Source: Chiloscyllium plagiosum
Lineage: Eukaryota
DNA length: 20,000 nucleotides
Direction: 5' to 3'
Assembly (NCBI RefSeq): GCF_004010195.1
Contig: NC_057753.1
Coordinates: forward strand, 9,820,864-9,840,863
The notes beneath the pieces are model-generated. The model was not told the DNA's origin, did no database searches, and saw only the letters and a program-made list of their open reading frames with translations. A program made the position numbers and the translations under genes. Positions 18,977 through 20,000 of this stretch are shown here, piece by piece; position 1 is the stretch's first letter; each line of letters opens with the position of its first letter.

Positions 18977-20000
18977 GAAGAGTTGCCTAACGGAGGGGTC
19001 TCAACTTCTGCCCCACCACCAAAATGGACCCGTTGGTTCTGGCAGCAGACACAGAGGAGTTCATCAGACGAATGAGACTCCGGGAATTCTTTCAAGGTGC
19101 CGGCAGTGATCCCATTGATGAACTGGAACAGTCATCACAGGGATCTGTAGAGGAACGACCAAAGAAAGTGTCAACGTGGACCCCACTGGAGGGCCGCTGC
19201 CCTGGGCTTGACATGTATGCTCAAACCGTCAGGAAATATATAAATGCCAGATTCATCAGCCGTACCCACAAGGTAGAGTAAAACATCACCCGTTCACAGC
19301 ACAATGCCATCCACGCTCTCAAAACCAATCACAATATTGGCTCCTCCTTTATCTGCTGGTTTGATGACATTGTCATTCAGAATAGAACAGATTACTGCAA
19401 GGAAGTGTACCCACAACTGAACAACTAGGAACACTACAGGCAACTACCAGCTGATCCGACCAAAGAACACACCCGAGAATCAAACACACTGATTAGAACT
19501 TTGGATCCAATCCTTCAGAGTTCCCTACGTGCCCTCATCCCACGTACTCCTCGTGAAGGTGACTTCTACTGCCTTCCAAAGGTACACAAAGCCAACACAC
19601 CGGGACGTCCCATGTGTCGGGCAATGGGACCCTATGTGAGAATCTCTCTGGCTATGTGGAAGGCATCTTGAAACCTATTGTACAGGGGATCCCCAGCTTC
19701 TGTCGCGACACTACGGATTTCTTACAGAAACTCAGCACCCACGGACCAGTCGAACCGGGAACATTCCTCGTCACAATGGACGTTTCCGCACTCTACACCA
19801 TCATCCCCCACAATGATGGCATCGCAGCAACAGCCTCAGTACTCAACACCAACATCTGCCAGTCTCCAAACACCAACCTACAACTCATCCGCTTTATCCT
19901 CGATCACGTCTTCACCTTTGACAACCAGTTCTTCATCCAGACACACGGAACAGCCATGGGGACCAAATTTGCACCCCAATATGCCAACATTTTTATGCAC
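18977..20000 (+). pseudogene. Penelope-like element reverse transcriptase ORF, disrupted, runs off window
   Basis: GLNFCPT..FIRRMRLREFF..STWTP, FYCLPKVHK..PGRP, LVTMDVSALYT.IPH, FTFDNQFFIQTHGTAMGTKFAPQYANIFM; TAA at 19279-19281, TAG near 19425, frameshift near 19612. Confidence 0.93.

Overview
Repeat-rich, non-coding vertebrate DNA, most likely from a cartilaginous fish (inferred from shark-type tRNA-derived SINEs, CR1/L2-group LINE tails, Penelope-like elements and the C2H2 finger style). No intact protein-coding gene was found. The window contains: (1) a decayed class I endogenous retrovirus at ~8622-13927 (short LTR-like segment, tRNA-Arg PBS, integrase HHCC, env CWVC remnant, 3' LTR), with a perfect 2.2-kb T-free 30-bp minisatellite inside it; (2) two more copies of the ERV 3' half plus identical host flank, forming a ~2.93-kb tandem duplication at 1-3787; (3) several Penelope-like element (PLE) pieces, namely an RT pseudogene, a GIY-YIG fragment and short modules carrying minimal hammerhead ribozyme motifs, two of them with 14-bp target-site duplications and one forming a ~90-bp-arm palindrome; (4) a six-finger C2H2 ZNF pseudogene and two promoter-like motif clusters; (5) at least four 12-30 bp micro-inversions; (6) a 500-N gap.
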